Origin: Trueperaceae bacterium
GTDB taxonomy: Bacteria > Deinococcota > Deinococci > Deinococcales > Trueperaceae
Length of the DNA: 64,000 bases
Direction of reading: 5' to 3'
Assembly (NCBI GenBank): GCA_965215565.1
Contig: CBDCDZ010000004.1
Location: forward strand, 192,001 to 256,000
The notes below the pieces were generated by a model. The model had not been told where the DNA came from and ran no database searches. It saw only the letters and a program-made list of their open reading frames with translations. Within the stretch, counting starts at the first letter, position 1. Each line of letters begins with the position of its first letter. Below, piece after piece: positions 46,486 to 56,440 of the stretch. A program made the translations under genes and the position numbers.

Positions 46486-47823
46486 ATGACCAGCTTAAAG
46501 CAACTTTTCGGGCGCTTCACTAGGGGAGACTCGAGCGGCTTCTCCGCCTCGGTGCAGACGCTGGGCGTCAACGTGGCGGTCTTGCTCGTCAACGTGCTGA
46601 CGGGCATTATCACCGCGCGCGTGCTCGGTCCGGTAGGGCGGGGGGAACAAGAAGCGCTCATGCTGTGGCCCGTCTTTTTAGCGCGCGCGTTTACGCTGGG
46701 TTTGCCCTCAGCCTTTGTCTTTCACGTGCGCCGCAACCCCAAAGTTGCGCCCTATCTGGTGAGCGCGAGCTTCTTAGCTGCGCCCGCCGCAGGTCTTTTG
46801 GCGACGCTCGTGGGCGTCACCTTTATCCCGTATTGGCTGGACGAATACAACGCCGACATCGTTCGGATGGCGCAGCTCTTTATGCTCTTTACGCCCGTCG
46901 TCTTAATTGAAGAGCTGTGTATCGCGGCGATGCTCGCGAGAGACGAGTTCAGTCGCTTCAATACCATCCGCATTGTCCGCCCCAGCGCGACGCTGGCGCT
47001 GCTCGTCGCGCTAGTGCTCTTCGGCGCTCTAACGCCCTCTCTAGCGGTGTTCGCGTACATCGCGCCGACGCTGCCCATTACCTTTTACCTCTCGAGGCTC
47101 CTCTGGCGCAGTTATCAACCTCGCTGGTTTGAGGGCGCTAGGCAACTGCGCCGTTCGCTCGTGATGCTCTTCTCTTACGGGCTGCGCTCTTACGGCAACG
47201 AACTCATGACGACGTTGTCCGAAAACCTCGGACGGGCGCTCGTCGTGGGGCTGCTCACGCCCGGTAACATGGGGCTCTTCGTGGTGTCCTTGAGCTTAGC
47301 GCGGATGCTCAACGTCTTTCAGTTCGCGGTGGTCACGGTTTTATTCCCCAGGGCGTCGGGGCAGCCCCTGGCAACCGTTATGGAGATGACGGGGCGGGCG
47401 GTGCGCGTGAGCACCGCCGTGACGTGTGTGGCGGCGCTTACGCTAGGCGCATTAGGACCCTTCGCTCTCACCTTACTCTACAGCGCCGAGTTCAGCGAAG
47501 GCGTGACCTTGATGCGTATCCTCATCGTCGAGACGGTCATTAACGGCATTATCGCCGTGCTGATACAGGCGCTTATGGCGACGGACAGACCGGGCGTCGC
47601 TACGATACTCCAGAGCGTCGGCATCGCCGCGAGCGTGCCGCTCTTGCTCATTCTCGTGCCGCTCCTCGGTCTGAACGGCGCGGGCGTCGCGCTCCTAATC
47701 AGCGCCGTTATGCGCCTCGCGTTCGCGCTGGCTTCCTTTCCCATCTTTTTAGGCGTGCGCGTCCCTTCGCTCCTCATCACGTTGGAGGACTTTAAGGTGC
47801 TCAAAAAGAGGCTGTTGGGATAA
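46486..47823 (+). CDS. Oligosaccharide flippase (Wzx/MOP superfamily)
   Basis: ARVLGPVGRG, about 12 TM helices, LGLNGAGVA. Confidence 0.85.
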   Translation: MTSLKQLFGRFTRGDSSGFSASVQTLGVNVAVLLVNVLTGIITARVLGPVGRGEQEALMLWPVFLARAFTLGLPSAFVFHVRRNPKVAPYLVSASFLAAPAAGLLATLVGVTFIPYWLDEYNADIVRMAQLFMLFTPVVLIEELCIAAMLARDEFSRFNTIRIVRPSATLALLVALVLFGALTPSLAVFAYIAPTLPITFYLSRLLWRSYQPRWFEGARQLRRSLVMLFSYGLRSYGNELMTTLSENLGRALVVGLLTPGNMGLFVVSLSLARMLNVFQFAVVTVLFPRASGQPLATVMEMTGRAVRVSTAVTCVAALTLGALGPFALTLLYSAEFSEGVTLMRILIVETVINGIIAVLIQALMATDRPGVATILQSVGIAASVPLLLILVPLLGLNGAGVALLISAVMRLAFALASFPIFLGVRVPSLLITLEDFKVLKKRLLG

Positions 47824-48240
47824 TCAGAGGTGGTTCCTCAACTTCAACAGCGTAGGGATAAAGAAGAGTGGATAGAGTAGCAAAAAGAGGTTAGGCAGCC
47901 ACCACACGAGGTCAAAGTCAGCTCGGAGCGTCCAAAATGCGAGGGCTTGCAAACCGGAGCAAGAGGTCAGGACGAGCGAGATGAGCGCGAGGCTTCGCCA
48001 CATCGGGTTTCCTTGCCGCATCAGGTATAGACTTCCTAGACCGGTTGTGGAGATGAAGAGGTCTAAGGGAAGAAAGGACCAGTTCCAAGCGGCGAGAATA
48101 GGGTCATCGTAATCTTTGAAGAGGTACGCTTCAGGAATAAGGTGCAGAAGCGTCACCGTCCAGTAGAATATGAAGCCAATATCGACAATCAGAAAGAAGG
48201 GCTTGAGGGTGCGAGCAAAGTTAGATTTGGTGAGAAGCAT
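47824..48240 (-). CDS. YvaD / DUF5360 family membrane protein
   Basis: DIGFIFYW, FKDYDDP..WNWSFLPLD, SGLQALAFW, WWLPN. Confidence 0.85.
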   Translation of the reverse strand: MLLTKSNFARTLKPFFLIVDIGFIFYWTVTLLHLIPEAYLFKDYDDPILAAWNWSFLPLDLFISTTGLGSLYLMRQGNPMWRSLALISLVLTSCSGLQALAFWTLRADFDLVWWLPNLFLLLYPLFFIPTLLKLRNHL

Positions 48241-48242
48241 GT

Positions 48243-48569
48243 TTAGTGAGGCTGGCTCGAGAGATTGAGCCCCACCACGCCCACGATGATGAGACCAATC
48301 GACGCCCCTTGAAACCAGCCCAAGGTTTCGCGGAAGAAAAAGACGCCGATAAGCGCCGCTGCCGCCGCGCCTGCGCCAGACCAAATGGCGTAGGAAATAC
48401 CTATCGGGATGCGCTGAATGCTCTGTGACAGTAGCCAGATGGCCGCGCCGTATCCTGCGACGACGAACACGCTCGGTAAGAAGCGGGTAAAACCTGCCGA
48501 GAGCTTGAGCGCCGTGGTGCCGACGAGTTCGCCTAGAATGGCGAGCGCGAGAATAAGCCAGGGGTTCAC
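48243..48569 (-). CDS. SMR (DMT) small multidrug resistance transporter
   Basis: WLILALAILGELVGTTALKLSAGF, ISYAIWSG; GTG overlaps the P450 stop. Confidence 0.92.
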   Translation of the reverse strand: MNPWLILALAILGELVGTTALKLSAGFTRFLPSVFVVAGYGAAIWLLSQSIQRIPIGISYAIWSGAGAAAAALIGVFFFRETLGWFQGASIGLIIVGVVGLNLSSQPH

Positions 48570-49969
48570 GCAGGAACCTCTACTTCGACAGGAACACGCG
48601 CCCTCAACCTCACCTTGACGCCGCGCTTTGGTCTCAGCGTGATGGCGGGCTGCGGGATGACCTCTTCGGGTTGGGTCAGGTGGAGGCTGTAGCCCTGCGC
48701 CAGGGTTGCCAAGAGCAGTACAGCCTCCATCATCGCGAAGTTGTTGCCGATGCAGAGCCTCGGACCGCCGCCGAAGGGGAAGTAGGCGTATTTGGGTAAG
48801 CTTTTCTCGAAGCCCTCTACCCACCTTTCGGGCTTAAAGTCTTTCGCGTCCTCGAAGAAGCGTTCGTCGCGGTGGACGAGCCACTGCGGGAGGGAGAGTT
48901 GCATCCCTTTGGGCACCGCGTAGCCGCCGATGTCGCAATCCTCTAGCGCCTCGCGCCCGACGCCCCACACGGGCGGGTAGACGCGCATGGACTCCTTGAT
49001 GACCTGTTCGGTGTAGCGCAGGCGCGGCAAATCTTGCATAGTGGGCGCGCGTCCGCCCAAAACTTCGTCAAGCTCTGCGTGCAGCTTCGCTTCAACGTTG
49101 GGATGTTGCGCTAGTAAGACCCACGTCCACGAGAGCGCGTTCGCCGTGGTTTCGTGACCCGCCATGAGGATGGTCAGGAGTTCGTCGCGGAGTTGCTTGT
49201 CCGTCATCCTTTCGCCCGTGTCGGCGTCCTCGGTTTCCATCAGCATCGACATCAAGTCGCCCTTGTCGCTATTACCCTCCGGGCCGCCCGCCTCGTAGTC
49301 GCGCCGCCGCTCTTCGATGAGGTCGTAGACGAGCCTATCCATCTCCTCGTTCGCCCGCTTGAAGCGCACGTTGGCGGGCGTCGGAACGCCTCTAGGAATG
49401 AGCATCTGCCAGAGCGGTTTGTCGGTGCGGGTATTGTGCATGAACACGTCGAGCGCGTCACTTATCTCGTGTGCGCCGTCCGCGATGTCCACGTGGAAGA
49501 GGGTTTTGGCAACGATCTCCAACGTCAAATTCACCATGTCCTCGTTCACGTCGCGCACTGCGCCGCGCTCTGCGGACGCCTGCCAAGAGGTTAGGAGCCT
49601 CTCTGCGTAATTCACCATCGTCTCGCCGTACGATGCGACGCGCTTGCGGTGAAAGGCGGGTTGCGCGAGCCGCCGCTGCCGCAGCCAAAAGCTGCCCTCG
49701 CTGCTGATAAGCCCGTTGCCTAGAAACCCTAACTCGTTGCGGTAGTCCTTGCTCTTGATGAACGATGTCGACTTCGTGACCAAGACCTCTTCGATGAGCT
49801 TGGGGTGCGACAGGAGGATGAAGTCGTAGTCCAGGACGCGCAGGCGCACCGCGTCGCCGTGCGTTTGCGTTATGCTCTCTAAAAAGCCGAGCGTGTCTTT
49901 GCGGTACTCGTTGAGGAAGCCGACGAAAGGGGTTCCTTTGGGGGCGGGCGGATGCTGGAGCGTCGTCAT
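48566..49969 (-). CDS. Cytochrome P450
   Basis: AGHETTA, ESMR, PERW, FPFGGGPRLCIG. Confidence 0.96.
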   Translation of the reverse strand: MTTLQHPPAPKGTPFVGFLNEYRKDTLGFLESITQTHGDAVRLRVLDYDFILLSHPKLIEEVLVTKSTSFIKSKDYRNELGFLGNGLISSEGSFWLRQRRLAQPAFHRKRVASYGETMVNYAERLLTSWQASAERGAVRDVNEDMVNLTLEIVAKTLFHVDIADGAHEISDALDVFMHNTRTDKPLWQMLIPRGVPTPANVRFKRANEEMDRLVYDLIEERRRDYEAGGPEGNSDKGDLMSMLMETEDADTGERMTDKQLRDELLTILMAGHETTANALSWTWVLLAQHPNVEAKLHAELDEVLGGRAPTMQDLPRLRYTEQVIKESMRVYPPVWGVGREALEDCDIGGYAVPKGMQLSLPQWLVHRDERFFEDAKDFKPERWVEGFEKSLPKYAYFPFGGGPRLCIGNNFAMMEAVLLLATLAQGYSLHLTQPEEVIPQPAITLRPKRGVKVRLRARVPVEVEVPA

Positions 49970-49995
49970 CGTCTCTCCCTTTATATGTCAAAAGT

Positions 49996-50054
49996 AATGA
50001 CTGACTGTCAGTCATTTATAAAGATAAGATAGACGCTGGCGCACCTTTTGTCAA
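49996..50054 (-). promoter_or_regulatory. Promoter TTGACA-N17-TATCTT plus a perfect TetR-type operator
   Basis: AATGACTGAC-T-GTCAGTCATT at 49996-50016; -10 at 50026-50031; -35 at 50049-50054. Confidence 0.8.
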
Positions 50055-50057
50055 GCG

Positions 50058-50295
50058 ATACGGATTCCGGGTGAATCCACTACAAAATACATACGTATTT
50101 TTCCGTTAAGTAGGTGCGTGGAAATAACCTAAACTAGAGAGGTTGACGAAACGCATCTTACAGGGAGAAATCTTTCCAAAATAGTTTAGATTATTTAGGC
50201 TGGAGTACTTACTTACCGGAATCCGTAGCTGTTTGTGCTCGCATCCGCTCGGGTTGAATACAAAACTTTATTTCGTATTCAACCGGAAAGGGTAT
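50058..50295. mobile_element. MITE-like element, family C (TACGGATTCCGG...CCGGAATCCGTA) with a second degenerate right end
   Basis: 12-bp perfect inverted repeat at 50059-50070 / 50216-50227; GGTTGAATAC...GTATTCAACC hairpin, then CCGGAAAGGGTAT. Confidence 0.6.
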
Positions 50296-50418
50296 GACCT
50301 AGTCCCACTGTAAGCTCGTTAGGTTTTATTACGTCTTGCCAGCCATATCTCTCTCGAGATGCTTAAACAGTCCTCCGCCACCCATTTGCCGCGCTTTCGA
50401 ACCGTGGGGGAGATGGTG

Positions 50419-51006
50419 CTAGTCACCTGTAGGCGCTAGCGCCTGCAAGATGAAGCGCGTCACCTCTTCGATATAGGGCTCACGCGGCAGTTCGGGGCGG
50501 TAGAGGAGGCAGTCTTCGGTGGCGCGTTCTATAAGTCCCACGACGAGCCGCGCCGAAAGGTCAGGGTCCGCGTCACTGCGAACCTCGCCGGAGGCTTGAC
50601 CTCTTTCAATAAAGCTTGCGACGAGCTGATAATAAGGCTCGTCCAGCTTGGCTAGCTCACTCGGCGTGCTTAAAAAGCCGAGTCTGGCGTTGATGATTTC
50701 CAGCACGTCCTGATAACTCCGACTCTCTTCGAACACCGCCCGGACGCCCGCCTCGAGCCCTACCGCGAAACTCTCCGCCGAGGTGATCGCCGCCTGAACC
50801 GCCTCTAGTATCTGCGCGAACATCTCTTCGCACAACGCCTCGACTAGAGAGACTTTGGAGGGGAAGTAGAGGTAGAAGGTGCCTTGCGCGACGCCCGCGC
50901 TCGCCACGATTTCAGACACGGTGGTGGCTTCGAAGCCCTTTTCGGCGAGGCTGCGCCTGGCGGCGTTTAAGATTTGGGTACGGCGAGAGGTCGCTTGAGT
51001 CGTCAC
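50419..51006 (-). CDS. TetR/AcrR family transcriptional regulator
   Basis: ILNAARRSLAEKGFEATTVSEIVASAGVAQGTFYLYFPSK. Confidence 0.95.
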   Translation of the reverse strand: MTTQATSRRTQILNAARRSLAEKGFEATTVSEIVASAGVAQGTFYLYFPSKVSLVEALCEEMFAQILEAVQAAITSAESFAVGLEAGVRAVFEESRSYQDVLEIINARLGFLSTPSELAKLDEPYYQLVASFIERGQASGEVRSDADPDLSARLVVGLIERATEDCLLYRPELPREPYIEEVTRFILQALAPTGD

Positions 51007-51189
51007 GTGTTTATCATACTGCTAGGGAAGGCTCGAGTGAAAAGGTGTTAACGTGAGTTGACCAAAGAGATACGAGCAAACTTTTTTCCGCAAATTCCGT
51101 GATCAGGCAAAGGCTTATCCTTGTAGGGAAATAAAAACCGAGAAACTTGGAAGGTTCCTCGGCTCAAGTAGTTGGCAATGGCCGACTAC

Positions 51190-51492
51190 TTATTCGGCGT
51201 CAGAGTTCTGGTCCGTAAGGTCTTCCTCAGAAGCATCCCGAATTTGCCGTCGTACAGCGTCCAGGTCATTCTGGAAACGCGCCTCTCGCTCGTTCTGGTA
51301 TCTTATGCTCCTGACCGTCAGCAGGAGTGCTACGAGGGGCCAAGCAGCGAGCGTTGCTAGAAGTCCTTTAGGGCTCGTTAAATCTCTGTAACCGACTTGC
51401 ACGCTTACTATCAGTGTGATAAACGCTCCAGCAGTGTATACGACTGCCAGAGAGGTAAAGTAAACTAGTGCAAATATTTGATTGTAGTCCAT
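51190..51492 (-). CDS. Hypothetical two-TM membrane protein, low GC
   Basis: SD GGAGG; two hydrophobic helices followed by a charged tail. Confidence 0.6.
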   Translation of the reverse strand: MDYNQIFALVYFTSLAVVYTAGAFITLIVSVQVGYRDLTSPKGLLATLAAWPLVALLLTVRSIRYQNEREARFQNDLDAVRRQIRDASEEDLTDQNSDAE

Positions 51493-51578
51493 GAATCATT
51501 CCTCCGATTCAATAAAGGGACCTTTCTAACTTACACAATTTTTTGCCTACTGTTTCGCATAGCGAAGTGAAACCATTC

Positions 51579-53903
51579 TCACCGCCGCAGATACGCCACC
51601 GTCACCCCGTGCCCGCCTTCGTACGGCACGGCGTCCTCATAGCGCTCCACCTTCTTCTCGTCCTTGAGGTAGTTGCGCACCGCGTCACGGAGCGTGCCCG
51701 TTCCCTTGCCGTGCAAAATCCGCACCGAGGGGACTTTGAGCGAGTGCGCCTCTAGGACGAAGTCGCGTACCTTTTCCAAACCTGGCTCGACGCGCTCCCC
51801 GCGTATGTTGAGTTCTTCTTCGAAACGGGCAGGACCCGTAAGACCTGCTGTGAAACTGCCAGATGCCTGTTTGACTTTCGGCTTAGGTTGCTCCGCGAGT
51901 TTCACGCCGCGTTTCGGTACGGTGACTTTCAGCAGACCGAGTTGCACCACTACCTCATCGCCGCGCACCTCTACGACGGGACCTTTCGCGCCGTAGTCCT
52001 CGACGTGAACGAGCGCGCCGGGCTCCAAACTCGGGCGCTTGGGCTGCTGCTTGGACTGAGGGCGCGTTTGCGGCTGAGATTTCTGCACGGTTTTCTGCGC
52101 CGTCCTGCGGAGTTTTTGTAGTTCGTCCAGCGCTTGCGAGCGTGACTCTCTATCCGTCGTCGCGGTGCGCTTGAGTTCTTTGGCTTGTTGCAAGGTGTTT
52201 TGCAACATCTCGTCGGCGCGTTCGGCGGCGGCGGCTAAGACCTGATCCTCTTTGGCGCGCAGCGTGTCGATTTGCGCGCGCAGCACCTCGGCTTCGCGGA
52301 CGGCCTGCTCGCGGACCTCTTGGAGTTCTAACTGGTCTAGCTCGAGCCTCTCCCTCTGATTTTCCAACGTCTGCAAAAGAGACTCTAGCGCCGCCCCTTC
52401 CGGGCCCAAAATCTCGCTCGCGCGTCCTAGGAGGTCGTTCGGCAAGCCTAGCCGCTCGGCGATGGAGAGGGCGTAACTCCTGCCGGGTTGCCCGATGACG
52501 AGTTCGAACTTAGGGCGGAGCGCGTCCACGTCGAAGCTCATGGCGGCGTTCTGCACGCCCTTTGTCTCCGAGGCGAAGACTTTGAGAGGTGCAAGGTGCG
52601 TGTTGATGAGACCGCGCGCGCCACTTGCTAGAACGTTTTCCAAGACCGCTTGTGAGAGCGCCGCGCCCTCATCGGGGTCCGTACCCGAGCCGAGTTCGTC
52701 GATGAGAATGAGGATGCCCTCGTCGGCTCGCTCCACCACAGCTTTCAAATTCTTGAGGTGCCCCGCATACGTGGACAAGCTCGCCTCGATGCTCTGCTCG
52801 TCGCCGATGTCGGTTAGGAGCGCGTCGAAGGGGGGGAGGCTCGGCTCCTTGGCGGCGACGAAGAGCCCACTGTGCGCCATCACAGCGGCGAGCCCGAGTG
52901 TTTTGAGAAGCACGGTTTTACCGCCCGCGTTCGGACCCGTGACGATGAGCAGGCGGCGTTCGGCGTCCAGGGTAATGGCGTTCGGCACGCAGTTCTCGAT
53001 CAAGGGGTGGCAGGCGTCCTCCAGGCTGATCTCGCCGTTCTCGCTAAAGGAGGGTTGGGCGAGCCGCCAATCTTTCGCCAGCCGCGCGCTCGCCGCGATG
53101 AGGTCCAGTTCGGCTAGGACCTCTAAGCTCTCCTCCAAACCGGGCTCGTACGCCAAGCGCTGACCCAGCGCGAGCAAAATCCGCCGCACCTCGTCGCGCT
53201 CCTCGAACTCCAAAAGCGCCAACTCGTTGTTCATGGGCACGACGCTCTGGGGCTCCATGAAGACCGTCGCGCCCGAGTCGGAGGAATCTAAAGCGATGCC
53301 GGGAACTCTGGACTGCGCGCTCGCCCTGACCGGAATCACGTAGCGGTCGCGGCGCAGGGTGATGATGGCGTCCTGCACGCTGTCGGCGTAGCGCGTGAGT
53401 AGCTCCTGAAGCTTGCTGCGGATGCGCCCGCGTAGCGGATTCAAGCGGCGGCGAATGTCGCGCAGCTTGGGCGTGGCGTCGTCGCGGACGCTGCCGTCCG
53501 TGTCGAGCTGTTCGCGCACGAGCCGCAGTGCGCCGTCGAACGAGCCGAGCCCCTGCGCGAGTTCTGAGAGTGCCGGGCGCTCCGAGGTGAGAATCGCGCG
53601 TTTGATGGTGCCAGCGGCGTCCATCGTGTAGGCGATTTCTAAAATCTCCAAGCCCTCTAAGACGCGCCCGTCCTTGACCTTATAGGTGAGCGGGCGCACG
53701 TCGTGGACGCCGCCCAGCGAGAGGTCGGTGCCGCCCACCGCTTCGCCGAGCCGCGCCCAGGCGCGTTCGATCTCAAAGCGGCTCAGCGTGGGCGCTAGCG
53801 CCCACGCCCGCTCCACGCCTAAAGATGACGCGGCGCGTTCCGCTAGCGCCCGCTGCACGCGGGCGAAGTCGAGCTTTTGGAGGGTTGCAGGGCTCACATT
53901 CAC
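51579..53903 (-). CDS. mutS2: Endonuclease MutS2
   Basis: TGPNAGGKT, DIGDEQSI..LSTYAGH, DELGSGTDP..G, Smr domain ILHGKGTG..GGHGVT. Confidence 0.96.
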   Translation of the reverse strand: MNVSPATLQKLDFARVQRALAERAASSLGVERAWALAPTLSRFEIERAWARLGEAVGGTDLSLGGVHDVRPLTYKVKDGRVLEGLEILEIAYTMDAAGTIKRAILTSERPALSELAQGLGSFDGALRLVREQLDTDGSVRDDATPKLRDIRRRLNPLRGRIRSKLQELLTRYADSVQDAIITLRRDRYVIPVRASAQSRVPGIALDSSDSGATVFMEPQSVVPMNNELALLEFEERDEVRRILLALGQRLAYEPGLEESLEVLAELDLIAASARLAKDWRLAQPSFSENGEISLEDACHPLIENCVPNAITLDAERRLLIVTGPNAGGKTVLLKTLGLAAVMAHSGLFVAAKEPSLPPFDALLTDIGDEQSIEASLSTYAGHLKNLKAVVERADEGILILIDELGSGTDPDEGAALSQAVLENVLASGARGLINTHLAPLKVFASETKGVQNAAMSFDVDALRPKFELVIGQPGRSYALSIAERLGLPNDLLGRASEILGPEGAALESLLQTLENQRERLELDQLELQEVREQAVREAEVLRAQIDTLRAKEDQVLAAAAERADEMLQNTLQQAKELKRTATTDRESRSQALDELQKLRRTAQKTVQKSQPQTRPQSKQQPKRPSLEPGALVHVEDYGAKGPVVEVRGDEVVVQLGLLKVTVPKRGVKLAEQPKPKVKQASGSFTAGLTGPARFEEELNIRGERVEPGLEKVRDFVLEAHSLKVPSVRILHGKGTGTLRDAVRNYLKDEKKVERYEDAVPYEGGHGVTVAYLRR

Positions 53904-54186
53904 AAAGAGAGAGTATACCGCGCCCAAGGCGCTAAGTTAGATGAGGGGCTACGGTTACGGCGTACTTGAATCCTCGAGTCCGTTTCTTGCGTTCTGGAGA
54001 CTTGGCAGGTCGAGCCGTACGCCCGGCTTAGAAGGCTCCAAAGTGCGCAATATGCGAATCCATGACGCGCCACCGCATTTATAGGTAAGATGAATAAACT
54101 TCGTCACCTTACGCCCGAATGAGCGAGATGAGCGTACAAGCTTAGGTCTATCTAGCTCGCGAAGGAACTCAATATAGAGGAGCGAT

Positions 54187-54921
54187 ATGACGGTCAGCCT
54201 CTTTATCACCTGCTACAACGACACGCTCTACCCCGAAACGGGCAAAGCGATGGTCGAACTTTTTGAGCGTCTAGGGCTCGAGGTCCACTTTCCCTTCGAG
54301 CAGACCTGTTGCGGTCAGATGCATTTCAACACGGGCTATCAGCAAGAGACCTTGACGATGGCGCGTAAGTTCGTAGAGATTTTTAGGGATGCTGAGGTCG
54401 TGGTGTCGCCCTCGGCGTCGTGCGTGGGGATGGTGCGCGAGTTCTACCCATATCTGGCGCGTGAGCATGGTGACGACGCGCTCCTTAGTGAGTTGGAGAC
54501 GCTCGCGCCTAAAGTCTTCGAATTTTCCGAGTTTTTGGTCAAAGAGTTGAACGTTACGGACGTGGGCGCGTACTATCCGCACCGCGTCACCTACCACCCG
54601 ACGTGCCACAGCTTGCGCGGGCTCAAAGTCGGCGACGCGCCCTTGACGCTCCTAGAGCACGTGCGCGGTTTGGAACTCGTCCCCTTGCCTGAAGCGGAGT
54701 CGTGCTGCGGCTTTGGCGGCACCTTCGCCGTTAAAAACGCCGACACCTCAGCCGCGATGCTCGGTGATAAGCTTAAAAACGTCCAGAACACCCACGCTGA
54801 GGTGTGCGCGGCGGTGGACAACTCGTGCTTGATGCACATTGGCGGCGCACTTCACCGGCAGCGTAGCGGCGTGAAGACGATCCACCTCGCGGAAATCTTG
54901 GTGGCGACGGACCAGAGTTAG
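54187..54921 (+). CDS. lutA: Lactate utilization protein A (CCG domains)
   Basis: FITCYND, QTCCGQMH, YHPTCH, CCGFGGTF, SCLMHI. Confidence 0.93.
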   Translation: MTVSLFITCYNDTLYPETGKAMVELFERLGLEVHFPFEQTCCGQMHFNTGYQQETLTMARKFVEIFRDAEVVVSPSASCVGMVREFYPYLAREHGDDALLSELETLAPKVFEFSEFLVKELNVTDVGAYYPHRVTYHPTCHSLRGLKVGDAPLTLLEHVRGLELVPLPEAESCCGFGGTFAVKNADTSAAMLGDKLKNVQNTHAEVCAAVDNSCLMHIGGALHRQRSGVKTIHLAEILVATDQS

Positions 54922-54988
54922 CGGGAAGGGAGAATAGAAGGTACGCAACCTTCTATTCCCCCTTCTACATTCTTAGAGAGAGGTTCAC

Positions 54989-56440
54989 ATGGCACTGAGA
55001 CCGAGCACGACCCCCATCCCCCTCCCGATGGCGTTCGAAGAGGCGGCGAAGCCCGAGTTGGAGAACGCCCAACTGCGGCGCAACCTGCATAAAGCCACCC
55101 ACACGATTCGCGCCAAACGCGCCGAGGTCGTGAACGAACTGCCCGATTGGGAGGCGCTGCGTGACGCGGGGCAAAAGGTCAAAGCGGAGGTCATGCGCAA
55201 CCTGGACACGTACTTGGAGAGGCTCGAGGCGTCCGTCACCAAGGCGGGCGGGCACGTCCACTGGGCGAGGGACGCGGCGGAGGCGCAAGAGGTCGTGACG
55301 CGCCTGGTCAAAGAGACCGGCACGCAAGAGGTCATCAAGGTCAAGTCGATGACCACCGAGGAGATCAAGCTCAATGACGCGCTGGACGCGGCGGGCGTTC
55401 ACGCCATTGAGACCGACTTAGCCGAACTCATCATCCAACTCGCCGGGGAGGAGTCCTCGCATATCCTCGTTCCGGCGATTCATAAAAACCGCGCCGAAAT
55501 CCGCGAACTCTTCTTGCGCACGCTGGACGTGGACGAGCTGTCCGATGACCCTACCGAACTGACTGCGGCGGCGCGGCGCTATCTGCGCGAGAAATTTCTA
55601 AATGTCGAAGTGGGCATCAGCGGCGCGAACTTCGCGGTGGCGGAGACGGGTACGATAGGCGTGGTGGAGTCCGAGGGCAACGGGCGCATGTGCTTGACGC
55701 TCCCTAAAACGCTCATCAGTGTGATGGGGTTGGAGAAAATTCTTCCCTCCTGGCGTGACTTAGAGGTTTTCTTGCAGCTCTTGCCCCGCTCCTCGACGGG
55801 CGAGCGGATGAATCCCTACACGACGATGTGGACGGGTCCCTACACAGATGAAAGTGGCGGCGACGGACCGCAGACCTTTCACCTCGTACTACTCGACAAC
55901 GGGCGCACCGACGTGTTGCGCGATGAGGTCGGGCGGCAGGCGCTCCACTGCATCCGCTGCAGCGCGTGCTTAAACGTCTGCCCGGTCTACGAAAAGGTGG
56001 GCGGGCACGCCTACCGCTCCATCTACCCCGGACCCATCGGCGCGATCCTGACGCCGCAACTGAAAGGTGTCGAGAACGCCTCCTCGCTCCCCTACGCCTC
56101 GTCCCTCTGCGGCGCGTGCTATGAGGTGTGCCCGGTCAAGATCGACATCCCCAAAGTCTTGGTACACCTGCGCGGCAAGGTCATCGAGCACAAAGAGGGA
56201 ACGTTGAAGGGACGCGCGACTCAAGAGGCGCTAGCGATGAAGGGGGCGGCGGCAATCTTCGCAAGCCGACAGCGCTACGAGCGGGCGCAGCGCCTCGCGA
56301 AGCTGGCGCAGACGCCCTTCGTGCGGCGCGGAGCCGTCGAGTATTTGCCCGGTTATCTGTCGGGCTGGACGGCGACGCGGGACGTGAAAGCGGTGCCGCA
56401 AGAGTCTTTCCGTGATTGGTGGCGCAAACGTGGACGGTAA
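54989..56440 (+). CDS. lutB: Lactate utilization protein B (Fe-S)
   Basis: KSMTTEEI, SHILVPAIH, CIRCSACLNVCPVY, SSLCGACYEVCPVKI. Confidence 0.95.
   Translation: MALRPSTTPIPLPMAFEEAAKPELENAQLRRNLHKATHTIRAKRAEVVNELPDWEALRDAGQKVKAEVMRNLDTYLERLEASVTKAGGHVHWARDAAEAQEVVTRLVKETGTQEVIKVKSMTTEEIKLNDALDAAGVHAIETDLAELIIQLAGEESSHILVPAIHKNRAEIRELFLRTLDVDELSDDPTELTAAARRYLREKFLNVEVGISGANFAVAETGTIGVVESEGNGRMCLTLPKTLISVMGLEKILPSWRDLEVFLQLLPRSSTGERMNPYTTMWTGPYTDESGGDGPQTFHLVLLDNGRTDVLRDEVGRQALHCIRCSACLNVCPVYEKVGGHAYRSIYPGPIGAILTPQLKGVENASSLPYASSLCGACYEVCPVKIDIPKVLVHLRGKVIEHKEGTLKGRATQEALAMKGAAAIFASRQRYERAQRLAKLAQTPFVRRGAVEYLPGYLSGWTATRDVKAVPQESFRDWWRKRGR

Noticed and set aside
53955..54209. 84-aa minus-strand ORF between mutS2 and lutA
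   Set aside because: Overlaps the lutA start and promoter region; no recognisable motif
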